Shown here piece by piece: positions 26,401 to 41,900 of a stretch of 64,000 bases of DNA (its first letter is position 1; every line of letters starts with the position of its first letter). The notes under the pieces were generated by a model. It saw only the letters and a list, made by a program, of their open reading frames with translations. It did no database searches and was not told the origin of the DNA. The position numbers and the translations under genes were made by a program. Source of the stretch: the human T2T-CHM13v2.0 reference genome, Homo sapiens; NCBI RefSeq assembly GCF_009914755.1, contig NC_060933.1. The stretch is one strand, 5' to 3'.

Positions 26401-29400
26401 TTCCATTCCCCTGCACTCGGGTTGATTCCATTCCATTCCACTCCATTCCGTTCCATTCCATTCCATTGCATTGTATTCGGGTTAATTCCATTCCATTCCA
26501 TTCCATTCCATTCCATTCCATTCCATTCCATTCCATTACAATCGAGTTGATTCCATTCCATTCCATTCCATTCCAGTCCTTTCCATTCCATTCCACTCGG
26601 GTTGATTCCATTCTATTAGTTTCCATTCCATTCCATTCCCTTCCATTCCACTCTGGTTGATTCCATTCCTTTCCATTCCACTCGAATACATTTCCTCCTA
26701 TTCCACTCGGAACGATTCCATTCCATTCCATTCCATTCCATTTCGTTCCATTCCATTCTATTCCGTATCATTCCATTCCATTCCATTCCATTCCATTCCC
26801 CTGCAGTCGGGTTGTTTCCATTCCATTCCATTCCCTTCCATTCCATTCCATTCCATTCCATTCCGTTCCGTTCCATTCCATTCCATTCCATTCTATTCGG
26901 GTTAATTCCATTCCATTCCATTCCATTCCATTCCATTCCAATCGAGTTGATTCCATTCCATTCCATTCCATTCCATTCCACTCCATTCCAGTCCTTTCCA
27001 TTCCATTCCACTCGGGTTGATTCCAATGTATTCCTTTCCATTCCATTCCATTCCATTGCAATCGAGTTGATTCCATTGCTTTGCATTCCATTCCATTCCA
27101 TTTCATTCCGGATGATTCCATTCCATTGCATTCCATTCCATTCCATTCCTCTCCATTCCATTGCACTCGGGTTGATTGCATTCCATTCCATTCCATTCCG
27201 TTACATTACATTACATTACATTACATTCCGTTCCATTGTACTCGGGTTGATTCCATTCCATTGCATTCCATTCCATTCCATTCCATTCCATTCCATTCCA
27301 TTCCATTCCATTCCATTCCATTCCGTTCCATTCCATTACATTCGGATTGATTCTATTCAACTCCCTTACTCTCCATTACATTCCATTCCATTCGGGTTGT
27401 TCCATTCCATTCCATTCCATTCAACTCCATTCCATTGCGCTCGGGTTGATTCCATTCCATTCCATTCCATTCCATTCCATTCCATTCCATTCCATTCCGG
27501 ATTATTCCATTCCATTGCATTCCGTTCCATTACATTCCCCTGCACTCGGGTTGATTCCATTCCATTCCATTCCATTCCATTCCATTCCATTCCATTCTAT
27601 TCCATTCCAATTCTTTCCATTCCATTCTATTCCGTAGCATTCCATTCCATTCCATACAATTCCATTGCATTCCATTCTACTCCGTTCCGTTCCGTTCCGT
27701 TCTGTTCCTTTCCATTCCATTCCATTCCATTCTATTCGGTTTAACTCCATTCCATTCCATTCCATTCCATTCCATTCTATTCCATTCCATTGCAATCGAG
27801 TTGAATCCATTGCATTCCATTCCATTCCATTCCATTCCATTCCATTCCGGAAGATTCCATTCCATTGTATTCCATTCCATTCCATTCCATTCCATTCCAT
27901 TCCATTCCATTCCATTCCATTCCATTCCATTCCATTCCATTCCATTCCATTGTACTCGGGTTGATTCCATTCCATTGCATTCCATTCCATTCCATTCCAT
28001 TCCGTTCCATTCCATTCCATTACATTCGGATTGATTCTTTTCAACTCCCTTACTCTCCATTACATTCCATTCCATTCGGGTTGTTCCATTCCATTCCATT
28101 CCATTCCACTCCATTCCATTGCACTCATGTTGATTCCATTCCATTCCATTCCGGATGATTCCATTCCATTGCATTCCGTTCCATTACATTCCCCTGCACT
28201 CGGGTTGATTCCATTCCATTCCTTTCCATTCCATTCGATTCCATTCCATTCCCCTGCACTCGCGTTGATTCCATTCCATTCCATTCCATTCCATTCCATT
28301 CCATTCCATTCCATTCCTTTCCGTTCCATTCCATTCCATTCCATTCCATTCCGTTCCGTTCCATTCCATTCCATTCCATTCTATTCGGGTTAATTCCATT
28401 CCATTCCATTCGATTGCAATCGAGTTGATTCCATTCCATTCCATTCCATTCCATTCCATTCCATTCCAGTCCTTTCCATTCCTTTCCATTACATTACTGA
28501 TGATTCCATTCTATTGCATTCCATTCCATTCCATTCCCCTGTACTCGGGTTGATTCCATTCCATTCCATTAAAATCCATGCCATTCCACTCGTGTTGATT
28601 CCATGCTTTCCTTTCCATTCAAGTTGAATCCATTCCATTGCATTCCATTCCATTCGATTCCATTCGATTGCACTCGGGTTGATTCCATTCCATTGCATTC
28701 CATTCCATTCCATTCAATTCCATTCCGTTCCATTAAATTTCATTACATTCAGATTGATTCTTTTCAGTTCCCTTACACTCCATTATATTCCAATCCATTC
28801 TGGTTGTTTCCATTCCATTCCATTCCATTTCACTCCATTCCATTGCACTCGGGTTGATTCCATTCCATTGCATTCCATTGCATTCCATTCCATTCCATTC
28901 CGGATGATTCCATTCCATTTCATTCCATTCCATTCCATTCCCCTGCACTCGGGTTGATTCCATTCCATTCCATTCCATTACATTCCGTTCCATTCCATTC
29001 CATTCCATTCGGATTGATTCTATTCAATTCCCTTACACTCCATTACATTCCATTCCATTCGGGTAGTTTCCATTCCATTCCATTCCATTCCTCTCCATTC
29101 CAATGCACTCGGGTTGATTCCATTCCATTCCATTCCATTCCATTCCATTCCATTCCATTACATTACATTCCATTCCATTCCGTTCCATTGTACTCGGGTT
29201 GATTCCATTCCATTGCATTCCATTCCATTCCATTCCATTCCATTCCATTCCATTCCATTCCATTCGTATTGATTCTATTCAACTCCCTTACTCGCCATTA
29301 CATTCCATTCCATTCGGGTTGTTCCATTCGATTCCATTCCATTCCACTCCATTCCATTGCACTCGGGTTGATTGCATTCCATTCCATTCCACTCCATTCC

Positions 29401-32400
29401 ATTCCATTCCATTCCATTCCGGATGATTCCATTCCATTGCATTCCGTTCCATTACATTCCCCTGCACTCGGGTTGATTCCATTCCATTCCATTCCATTCC
29501 ATTCGATTCCATTCCATTCCAATTCTTTCCATTCCATTCTATTCCGTACCATGCCATTCCATTCCATACAATTCCATTCCATTCCATTCCACTCTGTTCC
29601 GTTCCGTTCCGTTCCGTTCCGTTCCATTCCATTCCATTCCATTCTATTCGGGTTAATTCCATTCCATTCCATTCGATTGCAATCGAGTTGATTCCATTCC
29701 ATTCCATTCCATTCCATTCCATTCCATTCCTTTCCATTCCATTACGGATGATTCCATTCCATTGCATTCCATTCCATTCCATTCCCCTGTACTCGGGTTG
29801 ATTCCATTCCATTCCATTCCAATCCATGCCATTCCACTCGTGTTGATTCCATTCTTTCCATTCCATTCAAGTTGAATCCATTCCATTGCCTTCCATTCCA
29901 TTCCATTCCCCTGCAGTCTGGTTGATTCCATTCCATTCCATTCCATTCCATTCCATTCCATTCCATTCCGTTCCGTTCCATTCCATTCCATTCCATTCTT
30001 TTCGGGTTAATTCCATTCCATTCCATTCCATTCCATTCCAATCGAGTTGATTAAATTCCATTCCATTCCATTCCATTCCACTCCATTCCAGTCCTTTCCA
30101 TTCCATTCCACTCGGGTTGATTCCAATGTATTCCTTTCCATTCCATTCCATTCCATTGCAATCGAGTTGATTCCATTGCTTTGCATTCCATTCGATTCCA
30201 TTCCATTCCGGATGATTCCATTCCATTGCATTCCATTCCATTCCATTCCCCTGCACTCGGGTTGATTCCATTCCATTCCACTCCATTCCGTTCCATTCCA
30301 TTCCATTCCAGTGTATTCGGGTTAATTCCATTCCATTCCATTCCATTCCATTCCATTCCATTCCATTCCATTACAATCGAGTTGATTCCATTCCATTCCA
30401 TTCCATTCCAGTCCTTTCCATTCCATTCCACTCGGGTTGATTCCATTCTATTAGATTCCATTCCATTCCATTCCCTTCCATTCCACTCTGGTTGATACCA
30501 TTCCTTTCCATTCCACTCGAATACATTCCCTCCTATTCCACTCGGAACGATTCCATTCCATTGCATTCCATTCCATTCCATTTCGTTCCATTCCATTCTA
30601 TTCCGTATCTTTCCATTCCATTCCATTCCATTCCATTCCATTCCATTCCATTCCATTGTACTCGGGTTGATTCAATTCCATTGTATTCCATTCCATTCCA
30701 TTCCATTCCATTCCGTTGCATTCCATTCCATTACATTCGGATTGATTCTATTCAACTCCCTTACTCTCCATTACATTCCATTCCATTCGGGTTGTTCCAT
30801 TCCATTCCATTCCATTCCATTCCATTCCATTCCATTCTATTCGGATTAATTCCATTCCATTCCATTCCATTCCATTCTATTCCATTCCATTGCAATCGAG
30901 TTGAATCCATTGCATTTCATTCCATTCCATTCCATTCCATTCCATTCCATTCCATTCCAATCCGGAAGATTCCATTCCATTGCATTCCATTCCATTCCAT
31001 TCCCCTGCACTCGCGTTCATTCCATTCCATTCCATTCCATTCCATTCCATTCCATTCGGGTTGTTCCATTCCATTCCATTCCATTCCACTCCATTCCATT
31101 GCACTCGGGTTTATTCCATTCCATTCCATTCCATTCCATTCCATTCTATTCCATTCCATTCCAGAAGATTCCATTCCATTGCATTCCATTCCATTCCATT
31201 CCCCTGCACTCGCGTTCATTCCATTCCATTCCATTCCATTCCATTCCATTCCATTCCATTCCTTTCCGTTCCATTCCATTCCATTCCATTCCATTCCATT
31301 CCATGCCATTCCGTTCTGTTCCGTTCCGTTCCATTCCATTCCATTCCATTCTATTCGGGTTAATTCCATTCCATTCCATTCGACTGCATTCGAGTTGATT
31401 CCATTCCATTCCATTCCATTCCATTCCATTCCATTCCATTCCATTCCTTTCCATTCCATTACGGATGATTCCATTCCATTGCATTCCATTCCATTCCATT
31501 CCCCTGTACTCGGGTTGATTCCATTCCATTCCATTCCAATCCATGCCATTCCACTCGTGTTGATTCCATTCTTTCCATTCCATTCAAGTTGAATCCATTA
31601 CATTGCATTCCATTCCATTCCATTCCCCTGCAGTCGGGTTGATTCCATTCCATTCCATTCCATTCCATTCCATTCTATTCCGTTCCGTTCCGTTCCATTC
31701 CATTCCATTCCATTCCATTCTATTCGGGTTAATTCCATTCCATTCCATTCCATTCCATTCCATTCCAATCGAGTTGATTCCATTCCATTCCATTCCATTC
31801 CATTCCACTCCATTCCAGTCCTTTTCATTCCATTCCACTCGGGTTGATTCCAATGTATTCCTTTCCATTCCATTCCATTCCATTGCAATCGAGTTGATTC
31901 CATTGCTTTGCATTCCATTCCATTCCATTCCATTCCGGATGATTCCATTCCATTGCATTCCATTCCATTCCATTCCTCTGCACTCGGGTTGATTCCATTC
32001 CATTCCACTCCATTCCGTTCCATTCCATTCCATTCCATTGTATTCGGGTTAATTCAATTCCATTCCATTCCATTCCATTCCATTCCATTCCATTCCATCA
32101 CAATCGAGTTTGTTCCATTCCATTCCATTCCATTCCATTCCATTCCATTCCGGATGATTCCATTCGATTACATTCCGTTCCATTACATTCCCCTGCACGC
32201 GGGTTGATTCCATTCCATTCCATTCCATTCCATTCCATTCCATTCGATTCCATTCCATTCCAATTCTTTCCATTCCATTCTATTCCGTACCATTCCATTG
32301 CATTCCATACCATTCCATTCCATTCCATTCCATTCCATTCCATTCCATTCCGTTCCGTTCCATCCCAATCCATTCCATTTTATTCGGGTTAATTCCATTC

Positions 32401-34880
32401 CATTCCATTCCATTCCATTCTATTCCATTCCATTGCAATCGAGTTGAGTCCATTTCATTCCATTCCATTCCATTCCGGAAGATTCCATTCCATTGCATTC
32501 AATTCCATTCCATTCCCCTGCACTCGCGTTGATTCCATTCCATTCCATTCCATTCCGTTCCGTTCCATTCCATTCCATTCCATTCCATTCCGTTCCGTTC
32601 CGTTCCGTTCCATTTGATTCCATTCTATTCGGGTTAATTCCATTCCATTCCATTCGATTGCAATCGAGGTGATTCCATTCCATTCCATTCCATTCCATTC
32701 CATTCCATTGCATTCTTTTCCATTCCATTACGGATGATTCCATTCCATTGCATTACCTTCCATTCCATTCCCCTGTACTCGGGTTGATTCCATTCCATTC
32801 CATTCCATTCCATTCTATTCCATTCCATTCCGGAAGATTCCATTTCATTGCATTCCATTCCATTCCATTCCCCTGCACTCGCGTTGATTCCATTCCATTC
32901 CATTCCATTCCATTCCATTCCATTCCATTCCGTTCCGTTCCATTCCATTCCATTCCATTCCATTCCATTCCGTTCCGTTCCATTCCATTCCATTCCATTC
33001 TATTCGGGTTAATTCCATTCCATTCCATTCGATTGCAATCGTGTTGATTCCATTCCATTCCATTCCATTCCATTCCATTCAATTCCATTCCATTCCTTTC
33101 CATTCCATTACGGATGATTCCATTCCATTGCATTCCATTCCATTCCATTCCCCTGTACTCGGGTTGTTTCCATTCCATTGCATTCCAATCCATGCCCTTC
33201 CACTCGTGTTGATTCCATTCTTTCCATTCCATTCAAGTTGAATCCATTCCATTGCATTCCATTCAATTCGATTCCATTCGATTGCACTCGGGTTGATTCC
33301 ATTCCATTGCATTCCATTCCATTCCATTCCATTCCATTCCATTCCATTCCGTTCCATTCCATTCCATTACATTCGGATTGATTCTATTCAATTCCCTTAC
33401 ACTCCATTACATTCCATTCCATTCGGGTAGTTTCCATTCCATTCCATTCCATTCCTCTCCATTCCATTGCACTCGGGTTGATTCCATTCCATTGCATTCC
33501 ATTCCATTCCATTCAATTCCATTCCGTTCCATTCCATTCCATTCCATTCGGATTGATTCTATTCAACTCCCTTACTCTCCATTACATTCCATTTCATTCG
33601 GGTTGTTGCATACCATTCCGTTCCATTCCACTCCATTCCATTGCACTCGGGTTTATTCCATTCCATTCCATTCCATTCCATTCCATTCTATTCCGGAAGA
33701 TTCCATTCCATTGCATTCCATTCCATTCCATTCCATTCCAATCGAGTTGATTCCATTCCATTGCATTCCATTCCATTCCACTCCATTCCAGTCCTTTCCA
33801 TTCCATTACACTCGGGTTGATTCCATTCCATTCCACTCCATTCCGTTCCATTCCATTCCATTCCATTGTATTCGGGTTAATTCCATTCCATTCCATTCCA
33901 TTCCATTCCATTCCATTCCATTCCATTCCATTCCATTCCATTACAATCGAGTTGATTCCATTCCATTCCATTCCATTCCATTCCATTCCATTCCAGTCCT
34001 TTCCATTCCATTCCACTCGGGTTGATTCCATTCTATTAGTTTCCATTCCATTCCATTCCCTTCCATTCCACTCTGGTTGATTCCATTCCTTTCCATTCCA
34101 CTCGAATACATTCCCTCCTATTCCACTCGGAACGATTCCATTCCATTCCATTCCATTCCATTCCAATCCATTCCATTCCATTCCAGTTCGTTCCATTCCG
34201 TTCTATTCGGAACCATTCCATTCCATTCCATTCCTTTCCATTCCATTCCTTTCCACTCGTGTTGATTCCATTCCTTTCCATTCCATTCGGTTTGAAGGCA
34301 TTCCATTCCATTCAATTCCATTCCATTCCATTCCATTCTATTCCATTGCATTGCAATCGAGTTGAATCCATTGCCTTTCATTCCATTCCATTCCATTCCA
34401 TTCCATTCCGGAAGATTCCATTCCATTACATTCCATTCCATTCCATTCCCCTGCACTCGCGTTGATTCCATTCCATTCCATTCCATTCCATTCTATTCGG
34501 GTTAATTCCATTCCATTCCATTCCATTCCATTCCATTGCAATCGAGTTGATTCCATTCCATTCCATTCCACTCCATTCCAGTCCTTTCCATTCCATTCCA
34601 CTCGGGTTGATTCCAATGTATTCCTTTCCATTCCATTCCATTCCATTGCAATCGAGTTGATTCCATTGCTTTGCATTCCATTCCGTTCCATTCCATTCCG
34701 GATGATTCCATTCCATTGCATTCCATTCCATTCCATTCCCCTGCACTCGGGTTGATTCCATTCCATTCCACTCCATTCCGTTCCATTCCATTCCATTCCA
34801 TTGTATTCAGGTTAATTCCATTCCATTCCATTCCATTCCATTCCATTACAATCGAGTTGATTCCATTCCATTCCATTCCA
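20462..34880 (+). repeat. Block B', 14.4 kb core, copy 2 of 3
   Basis: Colinear with 3301-17714. Identity ends after tacaatcgagttgat(tccat)3tcca at ~34880, where B' runs into D and B runs into C. Confidence 0.92.
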
Positions 34881-35630
34881 CTCCATTCCAGTCCTTTCCA
34901 TTCCATTCCACTCGGGTTGATTCCAATGTATTCCTTTCCATTCCTTTCCATTCCATTGCAGTCGAGTTGATTTCATTGCTTTGCATTCCATTCCATTCCA
35001 TTCCGGATGATTCCATTCCATTGCATTGCATTCCATTCCATTCCCCTGCACTCGGGTTGATTCCATTCCATTCCACTCCATTCCGTTCCATTCCATTCCA
35101 TTCCATTGTATTCGGGTTATTTCCATTCCATTCCATTCCATTCCATTCTATTCCATTCCATTACAATCGAGTTGATTCCATTCCATTCCATTCCATTCCA
35201 TTCCAGTCCTTTCCATTCCATTCCACTCGGGTTGATTCCATTCTATTAGTTACCATTCCATTCCATTCCCTTCCATTCCACTCTGGTTGCTTCCATTCCT
35301 TTCCATTCCACTCGAATACAATCCCTCCTATTCCACTCGGAACGATTCCATTCCATTCCATTCCATTCCATTCCATTCCATTTCGTTCCATTCCATTCCA
35401 TTCCGTATCATTCCATTCCATTCCATTCCATTCCATTCCATTCCATTCCATTGTACTCGGGTTGATTCCATTCCATTGCATTCCATTCCATTCCATTCCA
35501 TTCCATTCCGTTGCATTCCATTCCATTACATTCGGATTGATTCTATTCAACTCCCTTACTCTCCATTACATTCCATTCCATTCGGGTTGTTCCATTCTAT
35601 TCCATTCCATTCCACTCCATTCCATTGCAC
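34881..35630 (+). repeat. Block D (0.75 kb linker, single copy in window; diverged paralog of ~12900-13630)
   Basis: Private variants gcagtcgagttgatttc (~34958), gggttatttcc (~35114), tagttacc (~35247), gaatacaatccc (~35314). Module order is the same as 12900-13630 (ORF 35287 resembles ORF 13321). The right boundary is set only by the window start. Confidence 0.75.
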
Positions 35631-38600
35631 TCGGGTTGATTCCATTCCATTCCATTCCGGATGATTCCATTCCATTGCATTCCGTTCCATTTCATTCCCC
35701 TGCACTCGCGTTGATTCCATTCCATTCCATTCCATTACATTACATTCCATTCCATTACAATTCGCTCCATTCCATTCTATTCCGTACCATTCCATTCCAT
35801 TCCATACCATTCCATTCCATTCCATTCCGTTCCATTCCGTTCCATTCCATTCCATTCCATTCTATTCGGATTAATTCCATTCCATTCCATTCCATTCCAT
35901 TCTATTCCATTCCATTGCAATCGAGTTGAATCCATTGCATTTCATTCCATTCCATTCCATTCCATTCCGGAAGATTCCATTCCATTGCATTCCATTCCAT
36001 TCCATTCCCCTGCACTCGCGTTGATTCCATTCCATTCCATTCCATTCCATTCCATTCAATTCCATTCCGTTCCGTTCCATTCCATTCCATTCCATTCCAT
36101 TCCATTCCGTTCCGTTCCGTTCCGTTCCATTCCATTCCATTCCATTCTATTCGGGTTAATTCCATTCCATTCCATTCGATTGCAATCGAGTTGATTCAAT
36201 TCCATTCCATTCCATTCCATTCCATTCCGTTCCATTCCATTCCTTTCCATTCCATTACGGATGATTCCATTCCATTGCATTCCATTCCATTCCATTCCCC
36301 TGTACTCGGGTTGATTCCATTCCATTCCATTCCAATCCATGCCATTCCACTCGTGTTGATTCCATTCTTTCCATTCCATTCAAGTTGAATCCATTCCGTT
36401 GCATTCCATTCCATTCGATTCCATTCGATTGCACTCGGGTTGATTCCATTCCATTGCATTCCATTCCATTCCATTCCATTCCATTCCATTCCATTCCATT
36501 CTTTTCCATTCCATTTCATTACATTCAGATTGATTCTATTCAATTCCCTTACACTCCATTATATTCCAATCCATTCTGGTTGTTTCCATTCCATTCCATT
36601 CCATTTCACTCCATTCCATTTCACTCGGGTTGATTCCATTCTATTCCATTCCATTGCATTCCATTCCATTCCATTCTGGATGATTCCATTCCATTGCATT
36701 CCTTTCCATTCCATTCCCCTGCACTCGGGTTGATTCCATTCCATTCCTTTCCATTACATTCCGTTCCATTCCATTCCATTCCATTCGGATTGATTCTATT
36801 CAATTCCCTTACACTCCATTACATTCCATTCCATTTGGGTAGTTTCCTTTCCATTCCATTCCATTCCTCTCCATTCCATTGCACTCGGGTTGATTCCATT
36901 GCATTCCATTCCATTCCATTACATTGCATTACATTACATTCCGTTCCATTGTACTCGGGTTGATTCCATTCCATTGCATTCCATTCCATTCCATTCCATT
37001 CCATTCCATTCCATTCCATTCCGTTCCATTCCATTACATTCGGATTGATTCTATTCAACTCCCTAACTCTCCATTCCATTCCATTCCATTCCATTCAATT
37101 CCATTCCGTTCCATTCCATTCCATTACATTCGGATTGATTCTATTCAACTCCCTTACTCTCCATTACATTCGATTCCATTCGGGTTGTTGCATTCCATTC
37201 CATTCCATTCCACTCCATTCCATTGCACTCGGGTTGATTCCATTCCATTCCATTCCATTCCGGAATATTCCATTCCATTACATTCCATTACATTCCATTC
37301 CCCTGCACTCGTGTTGATTCCATTCCATTCCATTCCATTCCATTCCATTCAATTCCATTCCTTTCCGTTCCATTCCATTCCATTCCATTCCGTTCCGTTC
37401 CATTCCATTCCATTACATTCGGATTGATTCAATTCTATTCCCTTACACTCCATTACATTCCATTCCATTCGGGTAGTTTCCATTCCATTCCATTCCATTC
37501 TTCTCCTTTCCATTGCACTCGGGTTGATTCCATTCCATTGCATTCCATTCCATTCCATTCAATTCCATTCCGTTCCATTCCATTCCATTACATTCGGATT
37601 GATTCTATTCAACTCCCTTACTCTCCATTCCATTCCATTCCATTCGGGTTGTTCCATTCCATTCCATTCCATTCCACTCCATTCCATTGCACTCGGGTTG
37701 ATTCCATTCCATTCCATTCCATTCCATTCCATTCCATTCCATTCCGGAAGATTCCATTCCATTGCATTCCATTCCATTCCATTCCCCTGCACTCGCGTTG
37801 ATTCCATTCTATTCCATTCTATTCCATTCCATTCCCTTCCTTTCCGTTCCATTCCATTCCATTCCTTTCCATTCCATTCCATTCCGTTCCGTTCCTTTCC
37901 ATTCCATTACGGATGATTCCATTCCATTGCATTCCATTCCATTCCATTCCCCTGCACTCGGGTTGATTCCATTCCATTCCATTCCATTACATTCCGTTCC
38001 ATTCCATTCCATTCCATTCGGATTGATTCTATTCAATTCCCTTACACTCCATTACATTCCATTCCATTCGGGTAGTTTCCATTCCATTCCATTCCATTCC
38101 TCTCCATTCCATTGCACTCGGGTTGATTCCATTCCATTCCATTCCATTCCATTCCATTACATTACATTACATTACCTTCCATTCCATTCCGTTCCATTGT
38201 ACTCGGGTTGATTCCATTCCATTGCATTCCTTTGCGTTCCATTCGATTACATTCGGATTGATTCTATTCAACTCCCTTACTCTCCATTACATTCCATTCC
38301 ATTCGGGTTGTTCCATTCCATTCCATTCCATTCCACTCCATTCCATTGCACTCGGGTTGATTCCATTCCATTCCATTCCATTCCATTCCATTCCATTCCA
38401 TTCCTTTCCATTCCATTACGGATGATTCCATTCCATTGCATTCCATTCCATTCCATTCCTCTGTACTCGGGTTGATTCCATTCCATTCCATTCCAATCCA
38501 TGCCATTCCACTCGTGTTGATTCCATTCTTTCCATTCCATTCATGTTGAATCCATTCCGTTGCATTCCATTCCATTGGATTCCATTCGATTGCACTCGGG

Positions 38601-38925
38601 TTGGTTCCATTTCATTGCATTCCATTCCATTCCATTCCATTCCATTCCATTCCATTCCGTTCCATTCCATTCCATTACATTCGGATTGATTCTATTCAAT
38701 TCCCTTACACTCCATTACATTCCATTCCGTTCGGGTAGTTTCCATTCCATTCCATTCCATTCGTCTCCATTCCATTGCACTTGGGTTGATTCCATTCCAT
38801 TGCATTCCATTCCATTCCATTCCATTCTATTCCATTCCATTCCGTTCCTTCCGATCCATTCCATTCTATTCCATTCTATTCGGGTTAATTCCATTCCATT
38901 CCATTCCATTCCATTCCATTCTATT
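35631..38925 (+). repeat. Block A', copy 2
   Basis: Matches 1-3300 at offset 35630, then 35625 after loss of one pentamer near 37000. Confidence 0.87.
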
Positions 38926-41900
38926 CCATTCCATTGCAATCGAGTTGAATCCATTGCATTTCATTCCATTCCATTCCATTCCATTCCATTCCGGAAGATT
39001 CCATTCCATTGCATTCCATTCCATTCCATTCCCCTGCACTCGCGTTGATTCCATTCCATTCCATTCCATTCCATTCCATTCGGTTCCGTTCCATTCCATT
39101 CCATTCCATTCCATTCCGTTCCGTTCCATTCCTTTCCATTCCATTCTATTCGTGTTAATTCCATTCCATTCCATTCGATTGCAATCGAGTTGATTCCATT
39201 CCATTCCATTCCATTCCATTCCATTCCATTCCATTCCATTCCTTTCCATTCCATTACGGATGATTCCATTCCATTGCATTCCATTCCATTCCATTCCCCT
39301 GTACTCGGGTTGATTCCATTCCATTCCATTCCAATCCTTGCCATTCCACTCGTGTTGATTCCATTCTTTCCATTCCATTCAAGTTGAATCCATCCCATTG
39401 CATTCCATTCCATTCGATTCCATTCGATTGCACTCGGGTTGATTCCATTCCATTGCATTCCATTCCATTCCATTCCATTCCATTCCATTCCATTCCGTTC
39501 CATTCCATTTCTTTACATTCAGATTGATTCTATTCAATTCCCTTACACTCCATTATATTCCAATCCATTCTGGTTGTTTCCATTCCATTCCATTCCATTT
39601 CACTCCATTCCATTGCACTCGGGTTGATTCCATTCCATTCTATTCCATTGCATTCCATTCCGTTCCATTCCGGATGATTCCATTCCATTGCATTCCTTTC
39701 CATTCCATTCCCCTGCAATCGGGTTGATTCCATTCCATTCCATTACATTACATTCCGTTCCATTCCATTCCATTCCATTCGGATTGATTGTATTCAATTC
39801 CCTTACACTCCATTTCATTCCATTCTATTCGGGTAGTTTCCATTCCATTCCATTCCATTCCTCTCCATTCCATTGCACTCGGGTTGATTCCATTCCATTC
39901 CATTCCATTCCATTCCATTCCATTACATTACATTACATTACATTCCTTTCCATTGTACTCGGTTTGATTCCATTCCATTGCATTCCATTCCATTCCATTC
40001 CATTCCATTCCATTCCATTCCATTCCGTTCCATTCCATTACATTCGGATTGATTCTATTCAACTCCCTAACTCTCCATTACATTCCATTCCATTCGGGTT
40101 GTTCCATTCCATTCCATTCCATTCCACTCCATTCCATTGCACTCGGGTTGATTCCATTCCATTCCATTCCATTCAATTCCATTCCATTCCATTCCGGATG
40201 ATTCCATTCCATTGCATTCCGTTCCATTACATTCCCCTGCATTCGGGTTGATTCCATTCCATTCCATTCGATTCCATTCCATTCGAATTCTTTCCTTTCC
40301 ATTCTATTCCGTACCATTCCATTCCATTCCATACAATTCCATTCCATTCACTTCCACTCCGTACCGTTCCGTTCCGTTCCGTTCCATTCCATTCCATTCC
40401 ATTCTATTCGGTTTAATTCCATTCCTTTCCATTCCATTCCATTCTATTCCATTCCATTGCACTCGAGTTGCATCCATTGCATTCCATTCCATTCCATTCC
40501 ATTCCATTCCATTCCATTCCATTCCGGAAGATTCCATTCCATTGCATTCCATTCCATTCCATTCCATTCCATTCCATTCCATTGTACTCGGGTTGATTCC
40601 ATTCCATTGCATTCCATTCCATTCCATTCCATTCCATTCCATTCCGTTCCATTCCATTCCATTACATTCGGATTGATTCTTTTCAACTCCCTTACTCTCC
40701 ATTCCATTCCATTCCATTCCATTCCATTCCATTCCGGAAGATTCCATTCCATTGCATTCCATTCCATTCCATTCCATTGTACTCGGGTGGATTCCATTCC
40801 ATTGCATTCCATTCTATTCCTTTCCATTCCATTCCATTCCGTTCCATTCCATTGCATTACATTCGGATTGATTCTTTTCAACTCACTTACTCTCCATTAC
40901 ATTCCATTCCATTTGGGTTGTTCCATTCCATTCAATTCCCTTCCACTCCATTCCATTTCACTCGGGTTGATTCCATTCCATTCTATTCCATTGCATTCCG
41001 GGTGATTCCATTCCATTGCATTCCGTTCCATTAGATTCCCCTGCACTCGGGTTGATTCCATTCCATTCCATTCCATTCCATTCCATTCCATTACATTCCC
41101 CTGCACTCGCGTTGATTCCATTCCATTCCATTCCATTCCATTCCATTCCATTCCATTCCATTCCATTCCTTTCCATTCCAGTCCTTTCCATTCCATTCCA
41201 CTCGGGTTGATTCCATTCTATTAGTTTCCATTCCATTCCATTCCCTTCCATTCCACTCTGGTTGATTCCATTCCTTTCCATTCCACTCGAATACATTCCC
41301 TCCTATTCCACTCGGAACGATTCCATTCCATTCCATTCCATTCAATTCCATTCCATTCCATTCCATTCCATTTCGTTCCATTCCATTCTATTCCGTATCA
41401 TTCCATTCCATTCCATTCCATTCCATTCCACTCGTGTTGATTCCATTCCTTTCCATTCCATTCGGTTTGAAGGCATTCCATTCCATTCCATTCCATTCCT
41501 TTCCATTCCATTCCATTCCATTCCATTCTATTTTACTCGGGTTGATTCCATTCCGTTGCATTCCATTCCATTCCATTCCATTCCTTTCCATTCCGTTGCA
41601 TTCCATTCCATTACATTCGGATTGATTCTATTCAACTCCCTTACTCTCCATTACATTCCATTCCATTCGGGTTGTTCCATTCCATTCCATTCCATTCCAC
41701 TCCATTCCATTGCACTCGGGTTGATTCCATTCCATTCCATTCCATTCCATTCCATTCCGGATGATTCCATTCCATTGCATTCCGTTCCTTTACATTCCCC
41801 TGCACTCGCGTTGATTCCATTCCATTCCATTCAATTCCATTCCATTACACTTCGTTCCATTCCCTTCTATTCCGTACCATTCCATTCCATTCCATACCAT

